Source: a bacterium
GTDB lineage: Bacteria; Patescibacteriota; Minisyncoccia; Moranbacterales; UBA2206
Assembly (NCBI GenBank): GCA_021788105.1
Contig: JAJYKZ010000001.1
Coordinates: 19,333-83,332, forward strand
Direction of reading: 5' to 3'
Length of the DNA stretch: 64,000 nucleotides
Below, piece by piece: positions 28,496 to 38,585 of the stretch. Below the pieces are notes generated by a model. The model saw only the letters and a list, made by a program, of their open reading frames with translations, was not told where the DNA came from and made no database searches. The position numbers and the translations under genes were made by a program. Every line of letters starts with the position of its first letter. Position 1 is the stretch's first letter.

Positions 28496-30058
28496 TTATT
28501 TTAATATCTTCACAACCCCCTTATTCGCATCCACCTCAACCAAATCGCCGGTTTTTATTGCCTTAGTCGCAATGTGTAGTCCAATGACACAAGGCTTATT
28601 CAATTCACGAGAAACTATAGCAGCATGTCCGGTAACGCCACCTTCATCACAAACCAGAGCCTTGCACAACCTAATAGCAGGCATATATGTAGGATGAGTT
28701 TGAGGCGCAACCAAAATACTTCCCTCCGGCATTTCATGAACTTTTTTAGAAACATCATCGCTCCAATAAAATACAAAGGCCTTTCCCCTAACGAATCCCG
28801 TGTTTCCAATTTCCCCCTTCATTTCTTTTAGTTTATCGTAATCTACGGCGCCTAAAATTTCAGCTTTTTTTTCTAGCGCTTCCTTGCCCCACCAAATATA
28901 ATCTTTACCTTCGTAATGTAAATATAATTCGGCTTCAGCTCTCCTTGCCAACTCCTCTTTTTCCACGATCATTTTCCCTTCCAAGGCACTGATCAATTCG
29001 TCCTTTGTCATACTCGATATCTCTTCATATGACAGAGCAAGCTCTTCTGAATATTTTTTTAAAATTAAAACAAGATAATAACCTATCCACCTCCAAAAAA
29101 ATCCTGATTTAAACCTATAAAAACCTACTTTAGAAATTTTTTGAGCAAGCCCCAAGACTTCTTCAGAAAATCCATACCTTTCAATGATCTCTTTCTTTGT
29201 TTTAACGGCATTTTCATATTGATTTAAAATATCTTGCCTTTTTCTCTTGTAATCAATATCATTTTTGAGGCTGGTTTTTAATAAAAAAATAAAGTGATCA
29301 ATGTCCCATGCGGGGGTCCTATCACTCGCCGGAATCAGTCTGTACCTTCGATAATGTTCTTTTAGTAAAACTAAAATCTCATTGTAATTATCAGAAAGCA
29401 ATCCTTGTGACAGATAATTAATATCTTTCTCATGGATAATATTTTTCGCTTCTATGACTATTTCTAACCAAGCCAATTCTTCATGAGTAAAGAAAGACTT
29501 TTCTTCTGGAATCGTTAAAGCTACAAATACTTCTTCAACTAACCTTTCATCTTTTAATATTTTTCTGATCTCGCTATAAAGCTGGTTTTTTAAAGCATCG
29601 GTTAATTGTGGTTGACTACATCGCATGAAAGATGCCAGCCTATATTCAATATCTATTAATGAAGGTATTAAAGAAATAATTTCGTTTTTAGAAAAGCTAT
29701 CAATCTTATCCTCCAATTTATATCTTTCCATTATTTTTTCAACTTCTTTACAATCATTGTCTATCATTGAATACCATCTGGCTAACCACTCTTCATCAAA
29801 AAAAATTTTCTTTCCATGTTCAGTAGCCCTTGCCATATCCTTATCAACATAATAACCCCCGTGGATCCCTCCAATTTCAGTCGAATCACTATACCAAAGA
29901 TAATAGTCATATTTAAAGCCGGTAATCTTATCCATCAAACTCCTTCCCCTTAAGAACGGACGGATAAAAAGCTGATATGCCAATAGGTGACCGAGATTGG
30001 GACCTTCATACATCAATTTCCAGTTTAATTTTTTCGGAATAGGGTTTTGTTGCGACAT
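28496..30058 (-). CDS. Variable N-terminal domain plus PEP-utiliser phospho-His swivel domain (520 aa)
   Basis: [32 protein letters not shown]. Confidence 0.88.
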   Translation of the reverse strand: MSQQNPIPKKLNWKLMYEGPNLGHLLAYQLFIRPFLRGRSLMDKITGFKYDYYLWYSDSTEIGGIHGGYYVDKDMARATEHGKKIFFDEEWLARWYSMIDNDCKEVEKIMERYKLEDKIDSFSKNEIISLIPSLIDIEYRLASFMRCSQPQLTDALKNQLYSEIRKILKDERLVEEVFVALTIPEEKSFFTHEELAWLEIVIEAKNIIHEKDINYLSQGLLSDNYNEILVLLKEHYRRYRLIPASDRTPAWDIDHFIFLLKTSLKNDIDYKRKRQDILNQYENAVKTKKEIIERYGFSEEVLGLAQKISKVGFYRFKSGFFWRWIGYYLVLILKKYSEELALSYEEISSMTKDELISALEGKMIVEKEELARRAEAELYLHYEGKDYIWWGKEALEKKAEILGAVDYDKLKEMKGEIGNTGFVRGKAFVFYWSDDVSKKVHEMPEGSILVAPQTHPTYMPAIRLCKALVCDEGGVTGHAAIVSRELNKPCVIGLHIATKAIKTGDLVEVDANKGVVKILK

Positions 30059-30059
30059 T

Positions 30060-30890
30060 TTATAAAAATAAAGTGGTTATCGGTCTTGCTTGAGTTATGT
30101 AAATTATACCTCCTTCGATGGCCCATTCTATATCCATAGGCCTACCGTAATGCGCTTCGATGTCCAAAATATTCTCTAATAAAGATAGGAAATATTTTGT
30201 TGGCAATTTCTGTGCATTCCTCTTTTCTAAAGATACTTCCAATCTTTCATTTTCAAGCCTATCCTCATTAAAACATAATTTAAATTCTTGGTAGTTGATT
30301 TTTTTATCAATTATTTTTTTACTCTTTTTGTCGAAAATATATTTGTCCGGAGTAATAATTCCTGAAACCATATATTCCCCAAGACCAAAACCCGCTTCGA
30401 CCATAATCTCGTTTGCATTTTTGTTTATTGGATTATTGGAGAAAGCAATACCTGAAATTTCCGATTGTATCATTTTTTGGACGACCACTGCTATTTTTAT
30501 TTCCTCTGGGTTCACATGTTTTCCTTTACAATAATTAATTATTCTTTCACTATTTAATGAATTGTAACATTCTGATATTTTTTCAATCAGCTTATCTCTC
30601 GTCACATTCAAAAATGTATCAAACTGCCCTGCAAAGCTCGTATCAAACGCATCTTCTTTTGTTGCACTACTTCTTACAGCTACGGTTTTTATTTTTAGCT
30701 TATCAAAATTATTTAAAATTTCATTGGAAAATTCTTCTAAATTTTTTAAATCAATTTCCGTACTCAAAACAAAGCCTTCCGGGACATTAACATTTTTTAT
30801 GCCCTTAAGCTCACCAAGAGAAGAACCTTTCCCGCCAAAAAGTGCTACCTCACTCCTGGAAATCGATCTTAAAAACTTAATTTCCTCCAT
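30060..30890 (-). CDS. Stand-alone PEP-synthase/PPDK N-terminal ATP-grasp protein (copy 2, shorter)
   Basis: GGKGSSLGE, VRSSATKED, SFAGQFDT, GFGLGE, PMDIEWA, QARPITTL. Confidence 0.92.
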   Translation of the reverse strand: MEEIKFLRSISRSEVALFGGKGSSLGELKGIKNVNVPEGFVLSTEIDLKNLEEFSNEILNNFDKLKIKTVAVRSSATKEDAFDTSFAGQFDTFLNVTRDKLIEKISECYNSLNSERIINYCKGKHVNPEEIKIAVVVQKMIQSEISGIAFSNNPINKNANEIMVEAGFGLGEYMVSGIITPDKYIFDKKSKKIIDKKINYQEFKLCFNEDRLENERLEVSLEKRNAQKLPTKYFLSLLENILDIEAHYGRPMDIEWAIEGGIIYITQARPITTLFL

Positions 30891-31911
30891 TTCTTTTTCC
30901 GGAAATAACGTCTGCTATCGTTATTTCTTTTAGCAAATTACCGCTTTTCGTAAATATATTTTTATCTGGTTCAACATCCAAATCATATTCTTTTCCTCTT
31001 AAACGAAATTTTATTGAAACTTTGCCATTTTTTTCTTTTCTTTTGATTGAAATGTTGACTGCCTCATTGGGCTCAAAAGCTCCTCCCATTTTTTCCAAAA
31101 TATCTGACCCGTCAGAACAAACCGGATCTTCCTCAATTTGATCTTGCAACAAATAAACGAGAAAAGGTTCGATAAATCCGGCATGATTGACGTCATATAC
31201 AAATACCTTAGAATCATTTTTTAACCTGTTTGAAGCTTCAACATATTTTTTAAAATGTTCTGTCATTCTTAATACAACTTCCAAAACAGAGATTCCGTCT
31301 TCCTTCACTTGTTTGTCTTTAAAATTTTTAATGATAGATTCTTCCTTATCAGAATTTTCTTTTGATCCATCAGTTTTATCAATGATTTTTTTCAAATAAT
31401 CGAGATCGTCCATCAAATATTTTATCCACAATGCAACTCCCGCGTTTTCTTTTTTCAATGACGAGCTGGCACTTTTTTCAGTAGCCTCTTTATATGCTTG
31501 TCGTATTTGCGGAGATATTAAATTAACATCTTTTGATTCACTTGATTCATTCATTATTTTTTTCACGATCACACCTTCTTTACTGATAACTCCCGTTGGC
31601 AGATCCCTGACTCGCAAATTGACTTTTTTCTTTTCGTCGTCCATAACAAAAGTGTCATTACTTTCAAAACCTTCTTCTATTTTCATTCCTGTATGAACAG
31701 CGCGTTCGATCGGAGTAGTTCTTACCGCAACAACATCATACCCGCTCAAATCCTTACCCTTTGCTAATTCGACAACTTTTTCAGGATTAGCTATCCTTGA
31801 TGCATTAAAAGAACCTTTCTCGCCATGACGAGCAAGTTCCACATCTATTTCTACATTGTTTCCAAACTCTCCCGATTCCTTTTGCTCAATTCTTTCAAAT
31901 GGATTTTTCAT
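30877..31911 (-). CDS. Histidine phosphatase superfamily protein (divergent)
   Basis: LARHGEK, TPIERAVHT (SP..RA..T-like) and late VNHAG motif. Confidence 0.65.
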   Translation of the reverse strand: MKNPFERIEQKESGEFGNNVEIDVELARHGEKGSFNASRIANPEKVVELAKGKDLSGYDVVAVRTTPIERAVHTGMKIEEGFESNDTFVMDDEKKKVNLRVRDLPTGVISKEGVIVKKIMNESSESKDVNLISPQIRQAYKEATEKSASSSLKKENAGVALWIKYLMDDLDYLKKIIDKTDGSKENSDKEESIIKNFKDKQVKEDGISVLEVVLRMTEHFKKYVEASNRLKNDSKVFVYDVNHAGFIEPFLVYLLQDQIEEDPVCSDGSDILEKMGGAFEPNEAVNISIKRKEKNGKVSIKFRLRGKEYDLDVEPDKNIFTKSGNLLKEITIADVISGKRNGGN

Positions 31912-31921
31912 ATTTTTAATT

Positions 31922-32209
31922 TTAATTATTATAACTTTTTAAAATCTTCACAATCCCCTTATTTGCATCCACTTCAACCAAATCACCATCTTTCAAAACT
32001 TTAGTGGCAATCCTTGTTCCAATTATACATGGCTTTTTTAGTTCGCGCGAGACAATTGCCGCATGACAAGTTATACCGCCTTCGTCGGCTGACTGATTCA
32101 GTTTCTTATTTTTAGATTTTATGAACTTAACCAGTCCTTGCGCCCAAAATCCTTCCAGTATTAAGCTAAGGTCCCGTTCATATTCTTTTGTCAGATGAAT
32201 TTTTGGCAT
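31922..32209 (-). pseudogene. Internally deleted remnant of a swivel-domain paralog
   Basis: ~40 unrelated N-terminal residues joined directly to [21 protein letters not shown]; first half of the swivel domain missing. Confidence 0.7.
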
Positions 32210-32211
32210 GA

Positions 32212-32676
32212 TTAAATTTTTTCCGATATCATTTCCAAAACCGCCTGAGTCGCTTCTGCCCCTTTGTTATTTTTCCCTCGCGACCGGTCTTGGGCTTGTT
32301 TGAGATTATTTGTTGTTATCACTCCAAATCCGATTGGAATATCATATTTCAGCATTACATCCATAATTCCCCGCGCGGCTTCATTAGATACAAAATAGTA
32401 ATGATCAGTGCCACCCTTGATTACGCAACCTAAAGCAATCAGTGCATCAAACTTTTTGGTTTTAGCTGCTTTTTGACAAGCCAATGGAATTTCAAAAGCG
32501 CCTGGAACCCAAACTGTTTTGATGTTGGATTTTTTAACTTTATTTTTTTCCAGAACATCCATCGTGCCCTGAAGCATCCCTCCGGTGATGTCGGAATTAA
32601 ATTTTGAAACCACGATTCCGATTTTCAATTTGCTCCCGTCGATTGTTTCTTTTTTTTGGTTATTTTTTCTTTGCAT
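32212..32676 (-). CDS. ribH: 6,7-dimethyl-8-ribityllumazine synthase
   Basis: [42 protein letters not shown]. Confidence 0.96.
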   Translation of the reverse strand: MQRKNNQKKETIDGSKLKIGIVVSKFNSDITGGMLQGTMDVLEKNKVKKSNIKTVWVPGAFEIPLACQKAAKTKKFDALIALGCVIKGGTDHYYFVSNEAARGIMDVMLKYDIPIGFGVITTNNLKQAQDRSRGKNNKGAEATQAVLEMISEKI

Positions 32677-33263
32677 TATTTTGTTCTTAATAACTTATTT
32701 AAATATTTCGCCAAAACGTCTGTTTCGATATTGACATAATTTCCAACAGAAATTTTTCCCAAATTGGTATTATCCAAAGTATAACTCACTAGAGAAACCG
32801 TAAACCAATCTTTGCCAGTATCAACAACGGTGAGACTAATGCCGTCAATTGCAATTGATCCTTTTTCCGCCACAAACTTCATAAACTCTTTCGAAATTTT
32901 AATTTTAATAATCTCAGATTCCTTCACCTTTTGGATTTCAATTACCTCTCCGGTCGTATCCACATGACCTTGCACAATGTGCCCATCTAGAAGATCGCTC
33001 ATTTTCAAACTTTTTTCTAAATTAACCGCTGTTCCTTTTTGAAAATTGCCTGCAGTAGTTTTTTTAATTGTTTCCGGCATATATTCAACTTCAAAAATGC
33101 TTTTGGAAAAATTTTTAACAGTCGAACAGACCCCATTTATGGCAATGCTTTCACCTTTCCAAACTTTCCAACCTTTGGGAATTTTTATAGACACAAAAAA
33201 ACTCCCTTTTTTTTCGGATATTTTTTCCACCGCTGAAACTTTTTGAATAATTCCTGTAAACAT
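32676..33263 (-). CDS. ribE: Riboflavin synthase (alpha type)
   Basis: N-terminal MFTGII, GHIVQGHVD, KGSIAIDGISLTV, VNIETD. Confidence 0.96.
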   Translation of the reverse strand: MFTGIIQKVSAVEKISEKKGSFFVSIKIPKGWKVWKGESIAINGVCSTVKNFSKSIFEVEYMPETIKKTTAGNFQKGTAVNLEKSLKMSDLLDGHIVQGHVDTTGEVIEIQKVKESEIIKIKISKEFMKFVAEKGSIAIDGISLTVVDTGKDWFTVSLVSYTLDNTNLGKISVGNYVNIETDVLAKYLNKLLRTK

Positions 33264-33278
33264 TTTGTAATTTGAAAC

Positions 33279-33608
33279 TTAAAATTTTAAATTTGAAATT
33301 TTTTTAATATCTTTAGCAATTTGTTCTTTTAGTTTTTCCTCGCTTTCAAATTTCATGACATCTCTGATTTTTTGACCGAGCTCTATCCGTATTTCCATGC
33401 CGTAAATATCCTGGTTAAAATTAAATAAATAAGCTTCTAAAAGATTTTGGAAAACAAATATAGCTGCCGCATATTCTTTTCCTTCAACAATCACACTTCC
33501 TCCATAAATTCCACTAGCAATATCTTCCTTCAGTTCTACATTGGCCGTTGGAAATCCCAGTTCCCTGCCTCTTGCTTTACCCTTAATGACTTTACCAGAT
33601 ATTTTCAT
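33279..33608 (-). CDS. Monofunctional minimal riboflavin kinase
   Basis: GKVIKGKARGRELGFPTAN, LEAYLFNF..DIYG, IRD..KF...LKEQI..D; no FAD synthetase domain. Confidence 0.85.
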   Translation of the reverse strand: MKISGKVIKGKARGRELGFPTANVELKEDIASGIYGGSVIVEGKEYAAAIFVFQNLLEAYLFNFNQDIYGMEIRIELGQKIRDVMKFESEEKLKEQIAKDIKKISNLKF

Positions 33609-33610
33609 TT

Positions 33611-35054
33611 TTAATTTTTCTTTAGAATTTTTACGATCCCTTTATTAGCATCAACTTCCACTAAATCACCGTCTTTTAAAACTTTGGTAGCAACCCTTGT
33701 TCCAATTATACCTGGCTCACCAAATTCCCGCGAGACAATCGCTGCGTGACAAGTAATGCCTCCGTCATCAGTAACAATGGCAGCTGCTTTTTTCATTCCA
33801 AGAAGATGTTCCGGCCGAGTCATGGGCGCAACCAAAATATCGCCCTCCTTCACTTTATCAATATTTTTCGCCGACATGATAATTTTTATTCTCCCTTTCG
33901 CAATTCCAAGCGATGCCACCATGCCTTTTATTTCCTTAACATTGCCCGTTTCGATATGGGAAACTTTCCTGGTAAATTTTTCAGATTCATATCCAGAAAT
34001 GATGCTAACTATTTCACCATTTCGATATACAAATAGAGATGATTTTTTTCTTTCTTCCAAGTCTGCTATATTAAATTTCCCTTCCAGAATACCTTTTATT
34101 TCTTTGGAATTTATATAACGCAATATATTATAACTAATTCCAGTGCGTTTTGAAATTTCCGCTAAAATTTTTGATTGCAAAGTCACAAAGGTTAAAGTGT
34201 ATATCTTTCTCTGATCCTGCCATTTTACAAATATTTCCGTAAGCTTGGAAATTGCTTTGATTTCCGGATTAAATTTATATTTTTTAAATAATTTTTCTTT
34301 GGCTTCTTTATTGCTTTTTAAAATATTATTCCTTGTTTTTTTCGGTTTTGATTTTTGCAAGTTCTTTTTTTGCATCATGTCGGGTGTATTTTTTGTATCC
34401 GGCATAGCTTGATTTTATCCAGGCATATTTTAAAATATGAAACTTCAATGCCGTTTCAAGATCTTTTCCTTTCTTGCTCTTCAACTTTTTCAAATCGGTT
34501 ATTTCTTCGTTTATAAAAGAAGGATTGACTGGTGCGCTCAGAACAGAAAATATTTCAGGATAGTTATTAATTTTGTTTTTTTCACAAAAATCTTTGATCA
34601 AACCATCAAATCTTTTGTCAGCATAAAACATAAAACCATCAAGAAACCCGGGCATAGAAATTTTGCGGTAATATTTATAAATTTCTTCAGCCCAACCAAT
34701 CAAAACTTCATTATCCAAACCGGAGATATCAGCTTCGTACCGATCGTAAAATTTGGCCATCATTGAATCAAAATTTTCCAACCAGCTTCTGTGCAGATTG
34801 GTGATGACTTTTTCATTTTTTAAAAAAATTTTTACTATAGCAGCACCTATTAATTGATGATCTGAATATAGAGACATCCAGTCGCCCTCCGACTCCTTAT
34901 AATAGCAAAGATTCTTTTTATAAACCGGGATCGTACTATTGTATAATTTTTTGGTGAAACCGTGAGCGGTCATTTCCGTAAAAGCCGGACAACCGTCATA
35001 ATGTTCGATATTCCACTTTTCTTTGGCTAAATTTTTCAGGTTTATTTTTTTCAT
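33611..35054 (-). pseudogene. Swivel-domain paralog split by a +1 frameshift near 34326-34372 (~480 aa if fused)
   Basis: ORFs 34326..35054 and 33611..34405 overlap over T7 runs; C-terminal [17 protein letters not shown]; fused length matches intact paralogs. Confidence 0.8.
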
Positions 35055-35056
35055 TT

Positions 35057-36529
35057 TTATTTAACAACTTTAACAGTTCCCTTATTTACATCTAACTCAA
35101 CCAGATCTCCATCTTTTATTAATTGAGTAGCGGTTTTGGTACCAATTATACACGGCTTTCCCATTTCGCGCGATACAATGGCTGCATGACAAGCAATTCC
35201 TCCCTCATCAGTAATTATGGCCTTGGCAATTCTCATCAAAGGAACCCATTCCGGACGAGTCATTGAAGTCACCAAAATCTCTCCATTCTTAAAAAAGTCT
35301 TTTTTTGTATTCATTACAACTTTTGCACGTCCAATAATTTTTTGTTCCATTCCTTTACTGGCAACCATTCCTTTTAAATCTCTATTTTTTATTTCTGTAG
35401 CAGCTTTCAATATTTCCTTAGCATCTTTTCCAAAAAACACTACCGGTTTTTTCTTTCTTTCAAAATCAAGGAAAACTCCTTTTCTCCTCGATCGGATTTC
35501 TTTTTCCTCTATTCTTTTTCCGGTTCGAATAAAATTTTCAATTTCAACTACCGTGCACATATTCAAATATTCATAATCAATATCAAATTTTCTGCAAATA
35601 GCTTCAAAAAAATTCCAAAGGTAGTGCAAATGTTCCAACATTCCCTTTTTGCGTTGGTCAATCCAATATATGACCTTGCTGGCAAAATAAAGATCTCTCT
35701 TATCTTCACTAGACAATTTCAAATCTTTGTATTTTTTTAAATGCACTTTTCCGCTACTTTTCAAGTTTTTTAATTCTTTCTCTATTTCTTCCAAAGAATG
35801 TTTTTTTAATTCGTTTTTAATATCTTTCAATACGGTCTCCTGATTAATTATCGTCGTTCGGCAAAAATCAGTTTTTATCCAATAATAATTATATGAATAA
35901 TTATTAATTTTATTTTTAATTTCTCTGTTATTGGAATATTCTATGACAATTTCAAAAAAAGCCTCCCTCTCTTTGCTGAATACAGATTTTTTCTCAGGAT
36001 GAGCCAACTCATGAACAATTTCTCTAGCTGACTCAATTTCCATTTTATGCCGTTTTGCAAATCTTGGAACAATAACAGTTTCAATAACATGGCCTTTTTC
36101 TTCTCCAAAAGAAGCATATTGCCACCATTTGAATGCCGTTTCAGTTAGCTGTTTATACAAATCAACGATTTCGTTATTGCTGAAATCTTCGATTTTCTTA
36201 TTACTAATTCCCTTCCAAATATTTTCAAATTTATCGATAATTTTTTGATGATTTTTTATTTTTTGGTCTAAAGATTTTGGATTTTTCAGATAGTCATTCC
36301 AAATCTTTAATCCGATTTTATCAATATTGTCCTTACTTATGAATTGATAATGCGGCTCATAATTATCATATCCCAAATAGCAAAAAATTGGAGAAAAATT
36401 TACTTTATGAACAGTATTGGAATTAGCATATGCGCCGTAAGCCAGATCGCAAATAAACAAAAAAGCGTGAGCTCGCTGTATATCCAACTCATTCTCTTTT
36501 AGATAGGTTACGACTTCTTTTCTGTTCAT
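35057..36529 (-). CDS. Variable N-terminal domain plus PEP-utiliser phospho-His swivel domain (490 aa)
   Basis: [27 protein letters not shown]. Confidence 0.88.
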   Translation of the reverse strand: MNRKEVVTYLKENELDIQRAHAFLFICDLAYGAYANSNTVHKVNFSPIFCYLGYDNYEPHYQFISKDNIDKIGLKIWNDYLKNPKSLDQKIKNHQKIIDKFENIWKGISNKKIEDFSNNEIVDLYKQLTETAFKWWQYASFGEEKGHVIETVIVPRFAKRHKMEIESAREIVHELAHPEKKSVFSKEREAFFEIVIEYSNNREIKNKINNYSYNYYWIKTDFCRTTIINQETVLKDIKNELKKHSLEEIEKELKNLKSSGKVHLKKYKDLKLSSEDKRDLYFASKVIYWIDQRKKGMLEHLHYLWNFFEAICRKFDIDYEYLNMCTVVEIENFIRTGKRIEEKEIRSRRKGVFLDFERKKKPVVFFGKDAKEILKAATEIKNRDLKGMVASKGMEQKIIGRAKVVMNTKKDFFKNGEILVTSMTRPEWVPLMRIAKAIITDEGGIACHAAIVSREMGKPCIIGTKTATQLIKDGDLVELDVNKGTVKVVK

Positions 36530-37989
36530 TTATTTAAAATTTTAATTATTCCTTTATTGGCATCTACCTCCACAGTATCGCCGTCTTTTAAAACTTTAGT
36601 GGCAATTTTTGTTCCGACTATTCCCGGAATTCCAAGCTCTCTGGAAACTATTGCTGCATGACAAGTCATACCGCCCTCATCTGTAACAACGGCACAAGAT
36701 TTTTTGAGTGCTACAATAAAGTCAGGCGTGGTCATTGTGGTTACAAGCACTTCTCCATTTTTTATTTTATCCATATTTTTTGATCCGATAATGATTCTAA
36801 CCCGACCCTTGACCACTCCGCGATTCACAACCAATCCCTTGATTTCTTTAATATCTTTTTTTATCTTATTGTTTAAATAAGGAGTGGCTATTTTCTTCGC
36901 CTTCGATCCCGAAACATATCTTATTTCTTCCGGCGGACGATATGCGGCGACAAAATCATCCTTTCTTGATTCTATTTCACTTCCGCTTAACTTTTTATTC
37001 TTCATAACCAAATCTTCCAATTCCGCTATAACATAAAAATGAAGATCGTCAAAATCCAATTCGAACCGCCTTGAAATTTCTTTCAAGAATAAGTCAACAA
37101 TATAATTATTTTTAAAAATATAAGACTTTCTAAAATCCTGCCACCAAATACAAAAAGATAACCTTTGACTTATTTTTAAAGTTTCATACGGCAAATTAAA
37201 TTCCCGAATAACTTTTTTCTTGTGAATAATCGCTTCTTTTTTTATTTTTTCTATTTCCTCAATTTTTCTTTTAGCATCTTTCATAGAAATGACACCCAAT
37301 CTTTTTCTAAAATAACTGACCGGTAATATTCTTGTGTTATGATAACTGTTCAGCATCCAGAAATATTTTTGCTGATGCGATTTCAGTTTTTCTTCCAAGG
37401 ATTTTTTATGTTTTATATTTTTCAGAGATAACAGGTCTATTTCTTCTTTTTGATAGAAAGAAAAATCCTCCGGAGCCGAAAGCCTTTCCAATGCGTAATG
37501 AAAATCTTCTTCTTTTAAAAATTTTTGTAAAATATCACTCAATATTTTTTCCCCTCCCCAATTCGCAACTTCCGGCAAAGATCCGATATTCCAAAATTCT
37601 TTCCCAGCCAAACTATTCCAATTTTGAAATAATTGAAAAAATTCTTTGTCAGATAGTAATTTCAGATCGGTTTTCGAGATTTTTTCCGCCGAAGCTTCGA
37701 AATTTTTTATAAGCTTTTCCCACTTCGCATAATTCAATTTAAATAACTTATCATCCAAAATATGCTTTTTAAAAAGAGCTTCGCCATGAAAACGGAGCTC
37801 TTCATAATCAACAATAACGGTTGCCATTTCTTTGGCATAAAAGACTAGAGCAGCCGGCCAACCCGGAGAAAAATATTTGGCAAATTCAAAAAATCCTCCA
37901 AACCAATAATCTGGGAAAATCGGACGACCATCAGAAGGTCCCCAACGAAAAAGTTCTTTTTTTGGATTAATTAAAGTTTTAATTTCCAT
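36526..37989 (-). CDS. Variable N-terminal domain plus PEP-utiliser phospho-His swivel domain (487 aa)
   Basis: [24 protein letters not shown]. Confidence 0.88.
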   Translation of the reverse strand: MEIKTLINPKKELFRWGPSDGRPIFPDYWFGGFFEFAKYFSPGWPAALVFYAKEMATVIVDYEELRFHGEALFKKHILDDKLFKLNYAKWEKLIKNFEASAEKISKTDLKLLSDKEFFQLFQNWNSLAGKEFWNIGSLPEVANWGGEKILSDILQKFLKEEDFHYALERLSAPEDFSFYQKEEIDLLSLKNIKHKKSLEEKLKSHQQKYFWMLNSYHNTRILPVSYFRKRLGVISMKDAKRKIEEIEKIKKEAIIHKKKVIREFNLPYETLKISQRLSFCIWWQDFRKSYIFKNNYIVDLFLKEISRRFELDFDDLHFYVIAELEDLVMKNKKLSGSEIESRKDDFVAAYRPPEEIRYVSGSKAKKIATPYLNNKIKKDIKEIKGLVVNRGVVKGRVRIIIGSKNMDKIKNGEVLVTTMTTPDFIVALKKSCAVVTDEGGMTCHAAIVSRELGIPGIVGTKIATKVLKDGDTVEVDANKGIIKILNK

Positions 37990-38584
37990 TTTCTGATGAA
38001 TATTTTTTGTCTATCCACTCCTTTGCAATTTCCTTAAACTCCTTATAAAAAAATAATTTTAGCATATTTTTTAAAACTGTTAGCAACTCTTTTTCATTTG
38101 GGTAAATTTTTTTTATATTTTTTATTCTTTTTTCATTATATCTATCTAAAGAATCTATATCGTGAAAAATTCTCTTATTTTCAGTGTTGTAAATTTTTTT
38201 AAGATCCTCGCCGGTTTTTAGCTGATCATAATCGTGTACGCTAATCATGTCAACAATTTCTTTTCTCTTCTTATTTTCGTAGCCAACCGACTTCAAGATA
38301 TCATCGGCAATCTTGGCACCTGTAAGCATATGCACCAGCTTTCCATTGGTAATCTTTTCAGGTCCGGTGACATATTTAAAATGTTCCGGCAAAATTGCAG
38401 AATGTCCAATATCATGCATCATGGCTACTGGGATTAAAATTTCATAATCTAGCTTAAGTTTTCCTTTGTAATTCAAAATTACTTTAATAACCTCTTCCGC
38501 GTGTTCAAAATCTCCCAATCTTCCTTTCTTCAAAAGCGGTCTGCACCTTTTCCAAATCTTTAGATATTTGCTAGATAGTTCCAT
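37979..38584 (-). CDS. HD-domain metal-dependent phosphohydrolase
   Basis: EHAEEV, MMHDIGH, VHMLTGA, SVHD, DIDSLD give the H-HD-H-H-D pattern. Confidence 0.85.
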   Translation of the reverse strand: MELSSKYLKIWKRCRPLLKKGRLGDFEHAEEVIKVILNYKGKLKLDYEILIPVAMMHDIGHSAILPEHFKYVTGPEKITNGKLVHMLTGAKIADDILKSVGYENKKRKEIVDMISVHDYDQLKTGEDLKKIYNTENKRIFHDIDSLDRYNEKRIKNIKKIYPNEKELLTVLKNMLKLFFYKEFKEIAKEWIDKKYSSENGN

Positions 38585-38585
38585 A

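Noticed and set aside
26158-30890. A single fragmented ppsA/ppdK pseudogene
   Set aside because: Domain order is reversed relative to a fused gene, both ATP-grasp ORFs end at the domain boundary with intact motifs, the copies are multiple and divergent, and no pyruvate-binding domain is present.
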